The notes under the pieces were generated by a model that saw only the letters and a program-made list of their open reading frames with translations, did no database searches and was not told the DNA's origin. DNA of 21,698 nt from Pyrinomonadaceae bacterium (lineage in GTDB: Bacteria; Acidobacteriota; Blastocatellia; Pyrinomonadales; Pyrinomonadaceae). Made by a program: the position numbers and the translations under genes. The stretch spans positions 1-21,698 of the forward strand of contig JBPCRW010000096.1 in NCBI GenBank assembly GCA_050996405.1. The letters are read 5' to 3'. Below, one piece after another: positions 7,212 to 15,422 of the stretch. Each line of letters opens with the position of its first letter. Position 1 is the stretch's first letter.

Positions 7212-8909
7212 ATGACTATCAATTCGCTTTCATATAAATTGCCGGAAGAACTAGAAAAAGCCGTGCGGGAAATGTTTAACGACTGGCAGAAAAACGACAA
7301 AATTTTTCGCGTTTGGTCAAAGGACGCGAGCGTTTGGACAAATACGGACGAAGCGAAATGGCTCGGCTGGCTCGATTCGGTCGAAACCGCTTTAAACAAT
7401 ATTCAGGAATACAAAAACTTCGCCGAAGACGTTCAAAGCGCGGGTTTCACAGACGTTTTGCTGATGGGAATGGGCGGCTCGTCTCTGTGTCCAGAAGTTT
7501 TGTCGCTCACCTTCGGCAAAACAAATTTTCACGTTTTAGATTCGACCGTTCCGGCGCAAATCAAAGCCGTCGAAGAAAAAATCAATTTGGAAAAAACGCT
7601 TTTTATTGTCGCGTCGAAATCGGGTTCGACATTAGAGCCGAATTGTTTCAAGCAATACTTTTTTGAAAAACTCTCGAAAAAAGTCGGACGCGAAAACGCC
7701 GGAAAACAATTTGTCGCCGTCACCGACCCGAATTCCAAAATGCAGAAGGTTGCCGAACAGGATAATTTCCGCAAAATCTTTTTCGGCGACCCGCAAATTG
7801 GCGGCAGATTTTCCGCGCTTTCGCCGTTTGGATTGGCGGCGGGCGCGGCGATGAATTTGGACGTTGAAGAATTTTTAAAACGTGCCATGGAAATGGTTCG
7901 CGCCTGCAAATCGCACATTCCGGCAGAAAATCCGGGCGCGATTCTCGGAACAATTTTGGGCGTTTGCCAGACGCTTGGAAAAGATAAATTAACAATTTTC
8001 ACATCGCCCGACATTTTTGATTTGGGTGCGTGGCTCGAACAATTAACCGCCGAATCGACGGGCAAAAACGGCAAGGCGATTATTCCGGTTGACCGCGAAG
8101 CCGTCCAGTCGCCGGACGAATACGGCGGCGACCGCGTGTTTGTTTATTTAAGTTTGAAAAATCGCGTTGACGAAAAAGAAGAACGTGCCGTCGCCGAACT
8201 AGAAAAAGCCGGTCAACCCGTTATTCGTATTGTTTTACCTGACGAAATAAATCTCGGACAGGAATTTTTCCGCTGGGAATTCGCCATCGCCGTCGCGGGC
8301 GCGATTATGCAAATTAATCCGTTTAACCAGCCCGATGTCGAAGCGGCGAAGATTGAAGCCCGAAAACTCACCGACGAATACGAACGGACGGGAAAACTGC
8401 CTGACGAAACTCCGTTTTTTGAATCGGACGGAATTAAATTATTTTCCGGCGAAAAAAACGTCTCGGAATTAAATAAAATTGTCGGCGAAGAAAAATCGCT
8501 CGCCAATTATCTGAAGGCGCACATTTCGCGCATTAAAAAGGGCGATTATTTCGCGCTTCTGGCGTTTATCGAAATGAGCGCGGAAAATGAAAATCTGCTT
8601 CAGGCGATTCGTCATAAAGTTCTGCGCGAAAAAAAATGCGCGACTTGTCTCGGTTTTGGTCCGCGCTTTCTGCATTCGACCGGACAAGCCTACAAAGGCG
8701 GCGGAAACGAAGGTGTGTTTCTGCAAATCACATCGGACGACGCGATTGATTTCGATGTGCCGGAACAAAAATATACTTTCGGCGTTGTCAAAGCGGCGCA
8801 GGCGCGTGGCGATTTTCAAGTGTTGTTGGATAGAAACCGACGCGCTTTGCGCGCGCATTTGGACAAAGACGTAAAAGCCGGACTCGAACTTTTGAAAAAT
8901 TTGATTTAG
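7212..8909 (+). CDS. pgi: Glucose-6-phosphate isomerase (PGI, SIS-domain type resembling the PGI half of Tal-PGI fusions)
   Basis: The ATG at 7212 has GGAG 10 nt upstream (the ORF is also open from a GTG at 7194). Motifs seen: LLMGMGGSSLCPEV, FIVASKSGSTLEP, GGRFSALS, NPFNQPDVEAAK and LGFGPRFLHSTGQ. Confidence 0.85.
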   Translation: MTINSLSYKLPEELEKAVREMFNDWQKNDKIFRVWSKDASVWTNTDEAKWLGWLDSVETALNNIQEYKNFAEDVQSAGFTDVLLMGMGGSSLCPEVLSLTFGKTNFHVLDSTVPAQIKAVEEKINLEKTLFIVASKSGSTLEPNCFKQYFFEKLSKKVGRENAGKQFVAVTDPNSKMQKVAEQDNFRKIFFGDPQIGGRFSALSPFGLAAGAAMNLDVEEFLKRAMEMVRACKSHIPAENPGAILGTILGVCQTLGKDKLTIFTSPDIFDLGAWLEQLTAESTGKNGKAIIPVDREAVQSPDEYGGDRVFVYLSLKNRVDEKEERAVAELEKAGQPVIRIVLPDEINLGQEFFRWEFAIAVAGAIMQINPFNQPDVEAAKIEARKLTDEYERTGKLPDETPFFESDGIKLFSGEKNVSELNKIVGEEKSLANYLKAHISRIKKGDYFALLAFIEMSAENENLLQAIRHKVLREKKCATCLGFGPRFLHSTGQAYKGGGNEGVFLQITSDDAIDFDVPEQKYTFGVVKAAQARGDFQVLLDRNRRALRAHLDKDVKAGLELLKNLI

Positions 8910-8974
8910 ATATTCCGTCATAATTGATTAAACTTATTGTTTGCCGAAATGCTTTCGGCGAAAGCGGTTTTACT

Positions 8975-10069
8975 ATGAGCGTTGAGAATTTGACGGAAAA
9001 CGAATCTCTGCCAATCGAAAATTCCGTCGCCGAAAATAAATCGAAATTCGCAAATCCGATGCTGTGGATACAGTTGATAACTTTTATCTTAGGTTTCGCG
9101 CTGCTGGTTTTCGTTATTTACAGAATCGGGCTTCACACGCTGTTCGACGCTTTTGCGAGAATCGGCTGGGGATTTCTGGCGATTGTCGCGCTTAACGGCG
9201 CGCGCCATTTTATCCGCGCGCTCTGCATGTATATCGCAGTTCCCGTCCGTCATCGCTCGTTTAAATATCGCTATGCGGTATCGGCGCGGCTTGCCGGTGA
9301 AGCCGTCAGTTTTTTGACCTTTACCGGACCGCTTTTGGGCGAAGCGACAAAAGCCGCTCTGCTGAAAAAACGCATTCCGCTCTCGCACGGCGTAACGGCG
9401 GTCGTCGTCGATAATATTCTGTATGATATTTCGGTCGCGCTGCTGATTTTAGGCGGAGTCGGCGTGATGTTTTACGTCTACGGCGGTGGCGATAGTCCTG
9501 CGATGCGTGATGTTTTATACGGCGTGGCAACGGTCGCCGCGCTAACCATCGTCGCTATTATCGTCGCGGCAAAATCGCGCTTTAAACCTCTAAGCTGGAC
9601 GCTCAAAAAACTTTCCGCGCGAGGCTGGCTGCCGCGTTTTATGGAAACCAAACAGCGGGGAGTTTATGAACTGGAAGACAACATTCACGAGCTTTACGCG
9701 AATCGCAAAACGACTTTTTTTTCAATGTTCGGACTGATTATTTTGTCGCACGTTTTAAGCGTGGTCGAAGTTTATGCCGCGCTGCATATGCTCGGCGAGA
9801 CTACGGTTCAGGCAAGCACCGCTTACATCATCGAATCGCTGACCAAAGTAATAAATTTCGCGTTCGGTTTTGTTCCCGGCACGGTCGGCGTTTACGAGGG
9901 CGGCAACGGAATAATTCTGCATTCGCTCGGCTATCCAACGGCAACCGGCGTAACGCTCGCGCTTGTGCGGCGCGGGGCGATTCTTTTCTGGACGATTATC
10001 GGACTTGTAATTCTGCTGTGGCGCGGAGTCGCGCGCGGCACGCAGCATTTGACCCGACGCGAATCTTAA
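8975..10069 (+). CDS. Lysylphosphatidylglycerol-synthase-TM-like (UPF0104, flippase-like) integral membrane protein
   Basis: I prefer the ATG at 8975 (the ORF is open from 8924). It is a polytopic membrane protein with about 8 hydrophobic segments and a basic loop followed by GPLLGEATKAALLKK, as seen in the LPG_synthase_TM family. Assigned by pattern only. Confidence 0.65.
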   Translation: MSVENLTENESLPIENSVAENKSKFANPMLWIQLITFILGFALLVFVIYRIGLHTLFDAFARIGWGFLAIVALNGARHFIRALCMYIAVPVRHRSFKYRYAVSARLAGEAVSFLTFTGPLLGEATKAALLKKRIPLSHGVTAVVVDNILYDISVALLILGGVGVMFYVYGGGDSPAMRDVLYGVATVAALTIVAIIVAAKSRFKPLSWTLKKLSARGWLPRFMETKQRGVYELEDNIHELYANRKTTFFSMFGLIILSHVLSVVEVYAALHMLGETTVQASTAYIIESLTKVINFAFGFVPGTVGVYEGGNGIILHSLGYPTATGVTLALVRRGAILFWTIIGLVILLWRGVARGTQHLTRRES

Positions 10070-10100
10070 ACCTCCGGCACGCGCCGTGAATCGGAAAATT

Positions 10101-10256
10101 CTAAACCTTAACCCGCCGCCGGTAAATGCAAACCAATTCGACAACCGCAACGCCGATTCCGCTCAACAGCAAAAGATGGATAAATCCGTCCTTGCCGATT
10201 AACACCAGCAAAAGCCAAATTCCCAGCAAAATTCCGGCGACAATTCTTAGCAGCAA
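10101..10256 (-). CDS. Small two-helix membrane protein, lmo0937-like family
   Basis: Lies inside ORF 10101..10343. I propose the TTG at 10256, which has GGAGAA 6 nt upstream. That gives a 51-aa product, LLLRIVAGILLGIWLLLVLIGKDGFIHLLLLSGIGVAVVELVCIYRRRVKV. The W-LL...GFIH-LLL...RRR pattern matches that small-protein family. Confidence 0.5.
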   Translation of the reverse strand: MLLRIVAGILLGIWLLLVLIGKDGFIHLLLLSGIGVAVVELVCIYRRRVKV

Positions 10257-10379
10257 ATCTTTTTCTCCAAATCTGAAAAGCCAAATCGAGATTTTAACAC
10301 AGCACCGCGAACGAGTCGCGCCTTTTGACAGGCATCGAGGCAATTCGCTAATCTTTCGTCAAAGCCGTCGAGCGCGGAA

Positions 10380-10453
10380 GTCAGAACCGATTGCGTGAGC
10401 GGGCGGGTTTTCGTTGGCGAGTTGACCCGCCCGCTCACGCAGTCGGTTCTGAC
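10380..10453. repeat. Near-perfect 29-bp-arm inverted repeat (74-nt hairpin)
   Basis: Left arm gtcagaaccgattgcgtgagcgggcgggt (10380-10408), 16-nt loop, right arm acccgcccgctcacgcagtcggttctgac (10425-10453). 28 of 29 positions are complementary. It is intergenic, between the lmo0937-like gene and the GT39 gene. Confidence 0.9.
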
Positions 10454-10486
10454 CCATATATTTTCTGCCGGAGTAATTAAATTATT

Positions 10487-12178
10487 TTGTCCGCCCAAAT
10501 TCTGCCTGCCACAACCGCCGGAATCAATCCCGAAAAATTTTCAGACGATGTTTTTTTCAGCCGAAACCGCAACGCGCTAATCACGTTTCTGGTTGTTTTG
10601 ATGATTATCGGTTTTGGCTTGCGCGTCTCAAATTTGAGCGCGGAAAGTTTGAGCGAAGACGAATTAAACAAACTGCAAACCGTCGCCGATTACCGCGCCA
10701 ACGGCTTGAGCGGTCGCAACGGCGAGCATCCTTTTTTGATGAAAGGCTTGCAGACAATAAGTTTTATCGTCGCGGACAAGTGGAACGCTTCCGCCTCCGC
10801 CGACCGGCAAATCTCCGACGAATACGCGCTGCGTTTTCCGACCGCGCTGTTCGGAACATTCACAATTCTTCTGTTGTTTCTACTCGTCAAAGAATTATTC
10901 GGTTCAACTATCGGGTTAATTTCCGCCGCGCTCTGGGCAGTTGAACCGACCGCAATTGGATTTGACCGCATCGCCAAAGAAGATTCTTTTGTGCTTTTCT
11001 TTTTTCTGCTGACAAATATTTTCTGGCTGCGCGGGCAAACGGCGGCGGAGCGCGGAAACGCGAAATGGTTTAAATACGTGCTGCTCGCGGGAGTCGCTTT
11101 TGCCGCGCTGACGGCATCGAAATATCTGCCGCATCTGCTTGCTATTAGTGCCGCCTACTACATAATTTTTCAGGCGATTCCGGCAACTGAATGGCGTATC
11201 GGAAGACCGCGCTGGCTGCTGTTTTGCGTTGTCATGGGCTTGAGTTTTCTGGTTTTCAATCCGACGATTTTCTATCCAGATACGTGGCGCGAGATGCTGA
11301 AATTTTCCGGCGAAAACCGCATCGGTCACGACTCTTACGAATTTATGGGCGCGCTCTACCGCAATCAAATGACGGCGTGGCTCTCCGGCGTTCCATGGAC
11401 TTTTTATTATGTTTTCATTCTCGTCAAAACTTCGCTTGTGACGCTGTTTTTTTTCCTGCTCGGACTGCCGATGCTGTTTAAACGCAAACTCGGTGACGGG
11501 CGTTATTTTTTGTTTTTCTGGGCGTTTATGTGGTTTATGCCATTCACGATTTTGGGCGGGAAATTCACGCGCTATTTCACGGCTGCCGAACCTTTAATTT
11601 TAATTTCAGCCGCCGCCGGATTTTATTTTACGATGCAGTGGCTCGCGCATAATTTTTTTCGTAAAGCGTCGGTAATCGCAATTTTTCAAACGATTTTATT
11701 CATTGCTTTTCTCGCGCCTCCAATTTTCAATTCGCTTTCCGCCGCGCCGCATTTCAGGCTTTTTACAAACACGCTCGGCGGAGGAATGAATCGGGCGGGC
11801 TACTATTTTCCGCACGACGAATTTTACGACACCGGCACGCGCGAAATCGTCGCGGAAATTGCTTCGCGCGCGCGACCGAACGCGGTTGTCGCCAATGAAA
11901 CTCCGACTTTGTTTGAGTATTACGCTGAAAAAATCGGTCGTAAAGATTTAAAATTCGTGTCGCTTTCCGACGATGCGGAAGCGGGAAATTTGACAGCGGG
12001 CGATTTCATTGTCGCCGCGCGCGGTCGCCGCTATTTCAGCAACAGCCAATATCTTGAATATCTCGAAAATAATATTTCGCCCGTCGCCGAAACCAAAGCG
12101 GGAGATGTCATTTCAGCCCGCGTTTATCAGCTTGACGAAACATCTGCGGCACGAATTCGGGAACTTTCAAAACAATGA
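10487..12178 (+). CDS. GT39 / ArnT-PMT-like phospholipid-carrier-dependent glycosyltransferase
   Basis: 563-aa polytopic membrane protein with a first periplasmic loop carrying acidic residues (SEDELNKL). The block RFPTALFGTFTILLLFLLVKELFGSTIGLISAALWAVEPTAIGFDRIAKEDSF is typical of the GT-C/PMT_2 family, and there is a soluble C-terminal domain. The start (TTG at 10487) is uncertain. Confidence 0.8.
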   Translation: MSAQILPATTAGINPEKFSDDVFFSRNRNALITFLVVLMIIGFGLRVSNLSAESLSEDELNKLQTVADYRANGLSGRNGEHPFLMKGLQTISFIVADKWNASASADRQISDEYALRFPTALFGTFTILLLFLLVKELFGSTIGLISAALWAVEPTAIGFDRIAKEDSFVLFFFLLTNIFWLRGQTAAERGNAKWFKYVLLAGVAFAALTASKYLPHLLAISAAYYIIFQAIPATEWRIGRPRWLLFCVVMGLSFLVFNPTIFYPDTWREMLKFSGENRIGHDSYEFMGALYRNQMTAWLSGVPWTFYYVFILVKTSLVTLFFFLLGLPMLFKRKLGDGRYFLFFWAFMWFMPFTILGGKFTRYFTAAEPLILISAAAGFYFTMQWLAHNFFRKASVIAIFQTILFIAFLAPPIFNSLSAAPHFRLFTNTLGGGMNRAGYYFPHDEFYDTGTREIVAEIASRARPNAVVANETPTLFEYYAEKIGRKDLKFVSLSDDAEAGNLTAGDFIVAARGRRYFSNSQYLEYLENNISPVAETKAGDVISARVYQLDETSAARIRELSKQ

Positions 12179-12181
12179 AAA

Positions 12182-13285
12182 TTACTCGTAGCTGAGTGCT
12201 TCGACGGCATCCAATTTTGACGCGCGGAGTGCCGGATACAACGCGCCGACGATTCCGCTGAAAGCCCCGATAATCGCTACTATTAGCACAATACGCGGCT
12301 CGATTTGCACGGTCAGCGTCGTCCATTTTGTCAAAATTATTTTTAAAATCACGGTCAGCAAAACTCCCAAAACCGTTCCGCAAAAACTAATCAGCATTGC
12401 TTCCTGCACAATCGTCCACGCAATCTGCGCGTTCGACATTCCCAAAGATTTCAAGATGCCGATTTGTCTGGTGCGTTCGGTGACGGTCGTGAACATCGTC
12501 AGCAGAATTATCAGCGCGCTAATGCCGCCCGCCACGCCGATGACGACGTTGAGAAAAACATTTAGCGCGGGGATGCTCTGCATATAAATTTCTTCGAGTT
12601 CCCTGGTCATAATTATCTGGTTGTCGGGAAATTTTGCTTGCAGATTTTGCGCCACCTGGTCTGCCGTAAAACCGTCTTTGACTTTAACTAAAATCGTCGA
12701 GGCTTTGCCTTCCGCGCCGAGTTGCCGTTGCATCGTCGAAAGCGGAATTTTAACACGCGCGCCCGCGCTCGGCTCGTATGTTCCGACAATGAGAAAATCG
12801 CGCTCGTAAATTTTCAGCGCGTCGCCGATTTTCAATTTCTTCTGCGGCAGCCACGCCGTATCGGTCATTACTTCGTCTGCGCCGTCCGTAAATTTGCGTC
12901 CCTCGATAACCTGCAAGCCGGAAATCTGTGCGTATGCGTCGAAATCTATACCGTCAAGCAGGCGCGTTCCGAAACTATTATCCTTTGCCGAATCGGTATC
13001 TTGTCCAATCGGAACAGCCATTTTAACGCCTTCGACCCGCTCAATCTCATTTTTCAGCGAAACCGGCAAACGGAACGAGCCTGAGCCGCTCAAACCGTGC
13101 GTCCCCGAAGCGTTAAACATAATTTCCGCCCCGACATTCGCTTCGCGCCGCGCCTTGTCGCGCAATGAACCGTTTGCCAGCCCGACCGTAAAAATAATCA
13201 GCAAAACGCCGATGCCGATGCCGATAATGCTGACTGCCGTCCGCGCCGGACGATGTGTCATATTTGAAAAAACGAGATTGTCCAT
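12182..13285 (-). CDS. ABC transporter permease, MacB/FtsX type (no cognate ATPase nearby)
   Basis: I prefer the ATG at 13285 (MDNLVFSNMTHRPARTAVSIIGIGIGVLLII); the ORF is open to 13375. Architecture is an N-terminal TM helix, a MacB-like periplasmic domain and a C-terminal FtsX 3-TM bundle (RTRQIGILKSLGMSN...ALYPALRASKLDAVEALSYE). Confidence 0.85.
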   Translation of the reverse strand: MDNLVFSNMTHRPARTAVSIIGIGIGVLLIIFTVGLANGSLRDKARREANVGAEIMFNASGTHGLSGSGSFRLPVSLKNEIERVEGVKMAVPIGQDTDSAKDNSFGTRLLDGIDFDAYAQISGLQVIEGRKFTDGADEVMTDTAWLPQKKLKIGDALKIYERDFLIVGTYEPSAGARVKIPLSTMQRQLGAEGKASTILVKVKDGFTADQVAQNLQAKFPDNQIIMTRELEEIYMQSIPALNVFLNVVIGVAGGISALIILLTMFTTVTERTRQIGILKSLGMSNAQIAWTIVQEAMLISFCGTVLGVLLTVILKIILTKWTTLTVQIEPRIVLIVAIIGAFSGIVGALYPALRASKLDAVEALSYE

Positions 13286-13389
13286 AAACCACAAATAAAA
13301 GACCTTATCGAAAATAAAGATTGTAGCGACTTTTTTGTCAGTTGACGATGCGCCGCAATTATTATAAATCCGCAAAGCCCGCTAACTAA

Positions 13390-13416
13390 AAAGCGATACT
13401 CTGAAAGTATCGCTTT
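13390..13416 (-). terminator. Rho-independent terminator downstream of the M48 peptidase gene
   Basis: Stem aaagcgatact (13390-13400) pairs with agtatcgcttt (13406-13416) around a 5-nt loop. On the minus strand the hairpin runs into TTTTT. It lies 52 nt after the M48 stop. Confidence 0.55.
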
Positions 13417-13467
13417 CGATAAATACGTTCCAAAAATTATTTCGTTTGTCTTTCTGAAACAGCTTTT

Positions 13468-15000
13468 TCAAGACTGCTTTTCGGAATTAACCGGCGTTTG
13501 TCCGTCAATTTTGACCTTGATTTTCTTTTTCTTCGCCGCCGCGTCTTTCGTCAGAGCGATAATTTTTTCATATTCGTTTTCATCGCCTTTTTTCAATTGG
13601 CTGAAATCGAGTTCCGAATAATTGTTGCGAATTTCGACCATCAAAAAGCTGCGCCGCGCCGCGTTGTTGTCGTGATTCGACCAGAAAAAATTAGTCGGCG
13701 CGTCACCGTGTTTTTTCGACATCACTTTCCAGACTCGCGGGGCTTCGCGCGGGTCGTAGCCAGCCGCCGTCATATATTCCAGACCGATGCGGTCGGCTTG
13801 ATTTTCGAGGCTGCGCTGATAACCGTTGACCATCGCGGCGAGCGTCAACTGCAAAATATCCGTCACGCCGTAAAGCCCGAAAGCCGCTGCCGCGATGCCG
13901 CCGATTTGGATTGCCGTGCGCTTGCCCTTATCCTTATTCATTTGCCGCCAGGTGTGTTCCTGCGTCGCGTGCGAAATCTCGTGCGACATCACGGCGGCAA
14001 GCTGCGCTTCATTTTCCAGCATCGTAATCATTCCTGAATGGACGACCACGATTCCGTTTGCTAGAGCGAAAGCGTTCGGGCTTTTTTCGCTGACGACGTA
14101 AAACTTAAAAGGTATTTTTTGCGGGTCGCCGTCGGGCAAATTTTTTTGATACGCCGGAATCAAACTTTGCCCGACGCGCCGGACGTATTCCTGCACTTCT
14201 TTGTTCGGAAGCAGCTTGAATTTTCCGACCTGATTGATTTTCAATTCGCCCGGATTGCCTTCCGTAAAGTTAGGAGCTTTTTCTTTAATTTTAAGCGACT
14301 TCCACAGATTTCCTTCACCCTTTTCGAGTTCGTCTTTCGTAAAAACGATTCTCGAAGCCAGAATCGTGCCGTCCGCCTGCTCAACGCCTTCATAGACGGC
14401 GAACATTCCCGCTTTCACGTCCGACACCGATTTCAAAGGCTCACCGTCGCTAAATTCGTCGCCGTCCGTTTTCGGCTCGACTTTTTCTTTGTTTTTAGCT
14501 TCGTTTCGCGCCGCTTTTTTTTCAGATTTGTTTGGCTCGAATAAAACCTGCGTGGTCGGCTCGATGCGGATGCGCCTGCCGTCCGCCCAGAAAACTCCGT
14601 GCCAGCCGTTTTCCGTTTTTTCAATTCCTTCGGGAGCGCGAGTCAAAATAGTCGTGTTTTTTAATTTGCGAAACTGTTCAAGGTCAATCTTCAGTTTCTT
14701 GGCTTTCAACTCGTTGGTTTCTTCGTCGAGTTCGCCTTGAACTTCTATTTCCGTGCCGACGCGAATGTCTTCGGGTTTGAATTGAAAAGTTCCATCCTGG
14801 TTCTCAAAATCCAAAACGACCGAATCGTCGTCTGTAATTTTATAATCGTCAATCTCGAAAGATTTTGGAGAAATGACGTTGGTGATGTAACCATGAATTT
14901 TTACTTGTTTGCCTTTATTACCGTCGGCTTTAACAGGCAGCGAAGTCGAAAAAAAGACGCAAAGAATTAAACCGGCAAGAAATTGTGTTTTGTTTAACAT
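13468..15000 (-). CDS. Secreted M48-family zinc metallopeptidase with an N-terminal beta-rich (DUF5666-like) domain
   Basis: The ATG at 15000 has AAGGAA 9 nt upstream and gives the signal peptide MLNKTQFLAGLILCVFFSTSLPVKA (the ORF is open to 15042). The HEISH zinc motif appears in AAVMSHEISHATQEH, with a downstream ENQADRIGLEYM glutamate ligand region typical of M48. Confidence 0.85.
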   Translation of the reverse strand: MLNKTQFLAGLILCVFFSTSLPVKADGNKGKQVKIHGYITNVISPKSFEIDDYKITDDDSVVLDFENQDGTFQFKPEDIRVGTEIEVQGELDEETNELKAKKLKIDLEQFRKLKNTTILTRAPEGIEKTENGWHGVFWADGRRIRIEPTTQVLFEPNKSEKKAARNEAKNKEKVEPKTDGDEFSDGEPLKSVSDVKAGMFAVYEGVEQADGTILASRIVFTKDELEKGEGNLWKSLKIKEKAPNFTEGNPGELKINQVGKFKLLPNKEVQEYVRRVGQSLIPAYQKNLPDGDPQKIPFKFYVVSEKSPNAFALANGIVVVHSGMITMLENEAQLAAVMSHEISHATQEHTWRQMNKDKGKRTAIQIGGIAAAAFGLYGVTDILQLTLAAMVNGYQRSLENQADRIGLEYMTAAGYDPREAPRVWKVMSKKHGDAPTNFFWSNHDNNAARRSFLMVEIRNNYSELDFSQLKKGDENEYEKIIALTKDAAAKKKKIKVKIDGQTPVNSEKQS

Positions 15001-15153
15001 ATCTGAAATTCCTTTGTTGTTTATGGTTTTGAGCCGTAACAATATACATCGAAAATCTCGATTTGCAAAGAAGAAAAGTGTGTTTTCGGCGCGCCTTGAG
15101 ACGAAGACTAAAAGCGGGAAATAATTTTTGAAGACTTAATTATTTTGAAAAGA

Positions 15154-15180
15154 AAACGCAGGCTGATTTGACCTGCGTTT
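15154..15180 (-). terminator. Rho-independent (bidirectional-looking) terminator closing the radical SAM operon
   Basis: Perfect 9-bp stem, aaacgcagg (15154-15162) with cctgcgttt (15172-15180), and a 9-nt loop. T-rich tracts follow it on both strands. It lies 9 nt after the stop of the 67-aa ORF. Confidence 0.65.
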
Positions 15181-15188
15181 TTCGAGAT

Positions 15189-15392
15189 TTACACTGCGTC
15201 ATTTTCATCTTTCTCTTTCGGATGAAGCGGTTTGCCGCTTTCGTCAATCGCGTTTTTATCTTCTTGTTCCTGCGGCGTTTTTTTGCCCGGCTGCGGCGCG
15301 TGTTCCGGGTGGTCGCCGACAATTTCAAGTTTTTCGCCTTCGTGTTCGTCCAGCACTTTTTTGTCGTGCGCTATATCTCTTTCGTCCGGCAT
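15189..15392 (-). CDS. Hypothetical small acidic protein (67 aa), last gene of the radical SAM operon
   Basis: AAGGAG lies about 10 nt upstream of the ATG, which is 30 nt after the upstream radical SAM stop. A terminator follows directly. The composition is D/E/K/H/P-rich, with no Cys and no hydrophobic core, and I recognise no family. Confidence 0.5.
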   Translation of the reverse strand: MPDERDIAHDKKVLDEHEGEKLEIVGDHPEHAPQPGKKTPQEQEDKNAIDESGKPLHPKEKDENDAV

Positions 15393-15422
15393 ATTTTATT
15401 TTCTCCTTTTATCCGACTAAAT

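Noticed and set aside
7529-8921. Antisense ORFs inside pgi (7529..8074, 8213..8506, 8469..8921).
   Set aside because: They are nested opposite a well-supported gene and have no recognisable motifs or ribosome-binding sites.
10247-10580. Two overlapping ORFs on opposite strands that both contain TRPLTQSVLT.
   Set aside because: The shared peptide is an artefact of translating the two arms of the 29-bp inverted repeat. It is not evidence of coding.
15189-15392. The small ORF next to the radical SAM enzymes as a RiPP precursor peptide.
   Set aside because: It has no Cys and no Ser/Thr/Gly-rich core. It is highly acidic and lies last in the operon, and the neighbouring enzymes look lipid-type (Tes-like) rather than like SPASM peptide maturases. 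I kept it only as a hypothetical protein.
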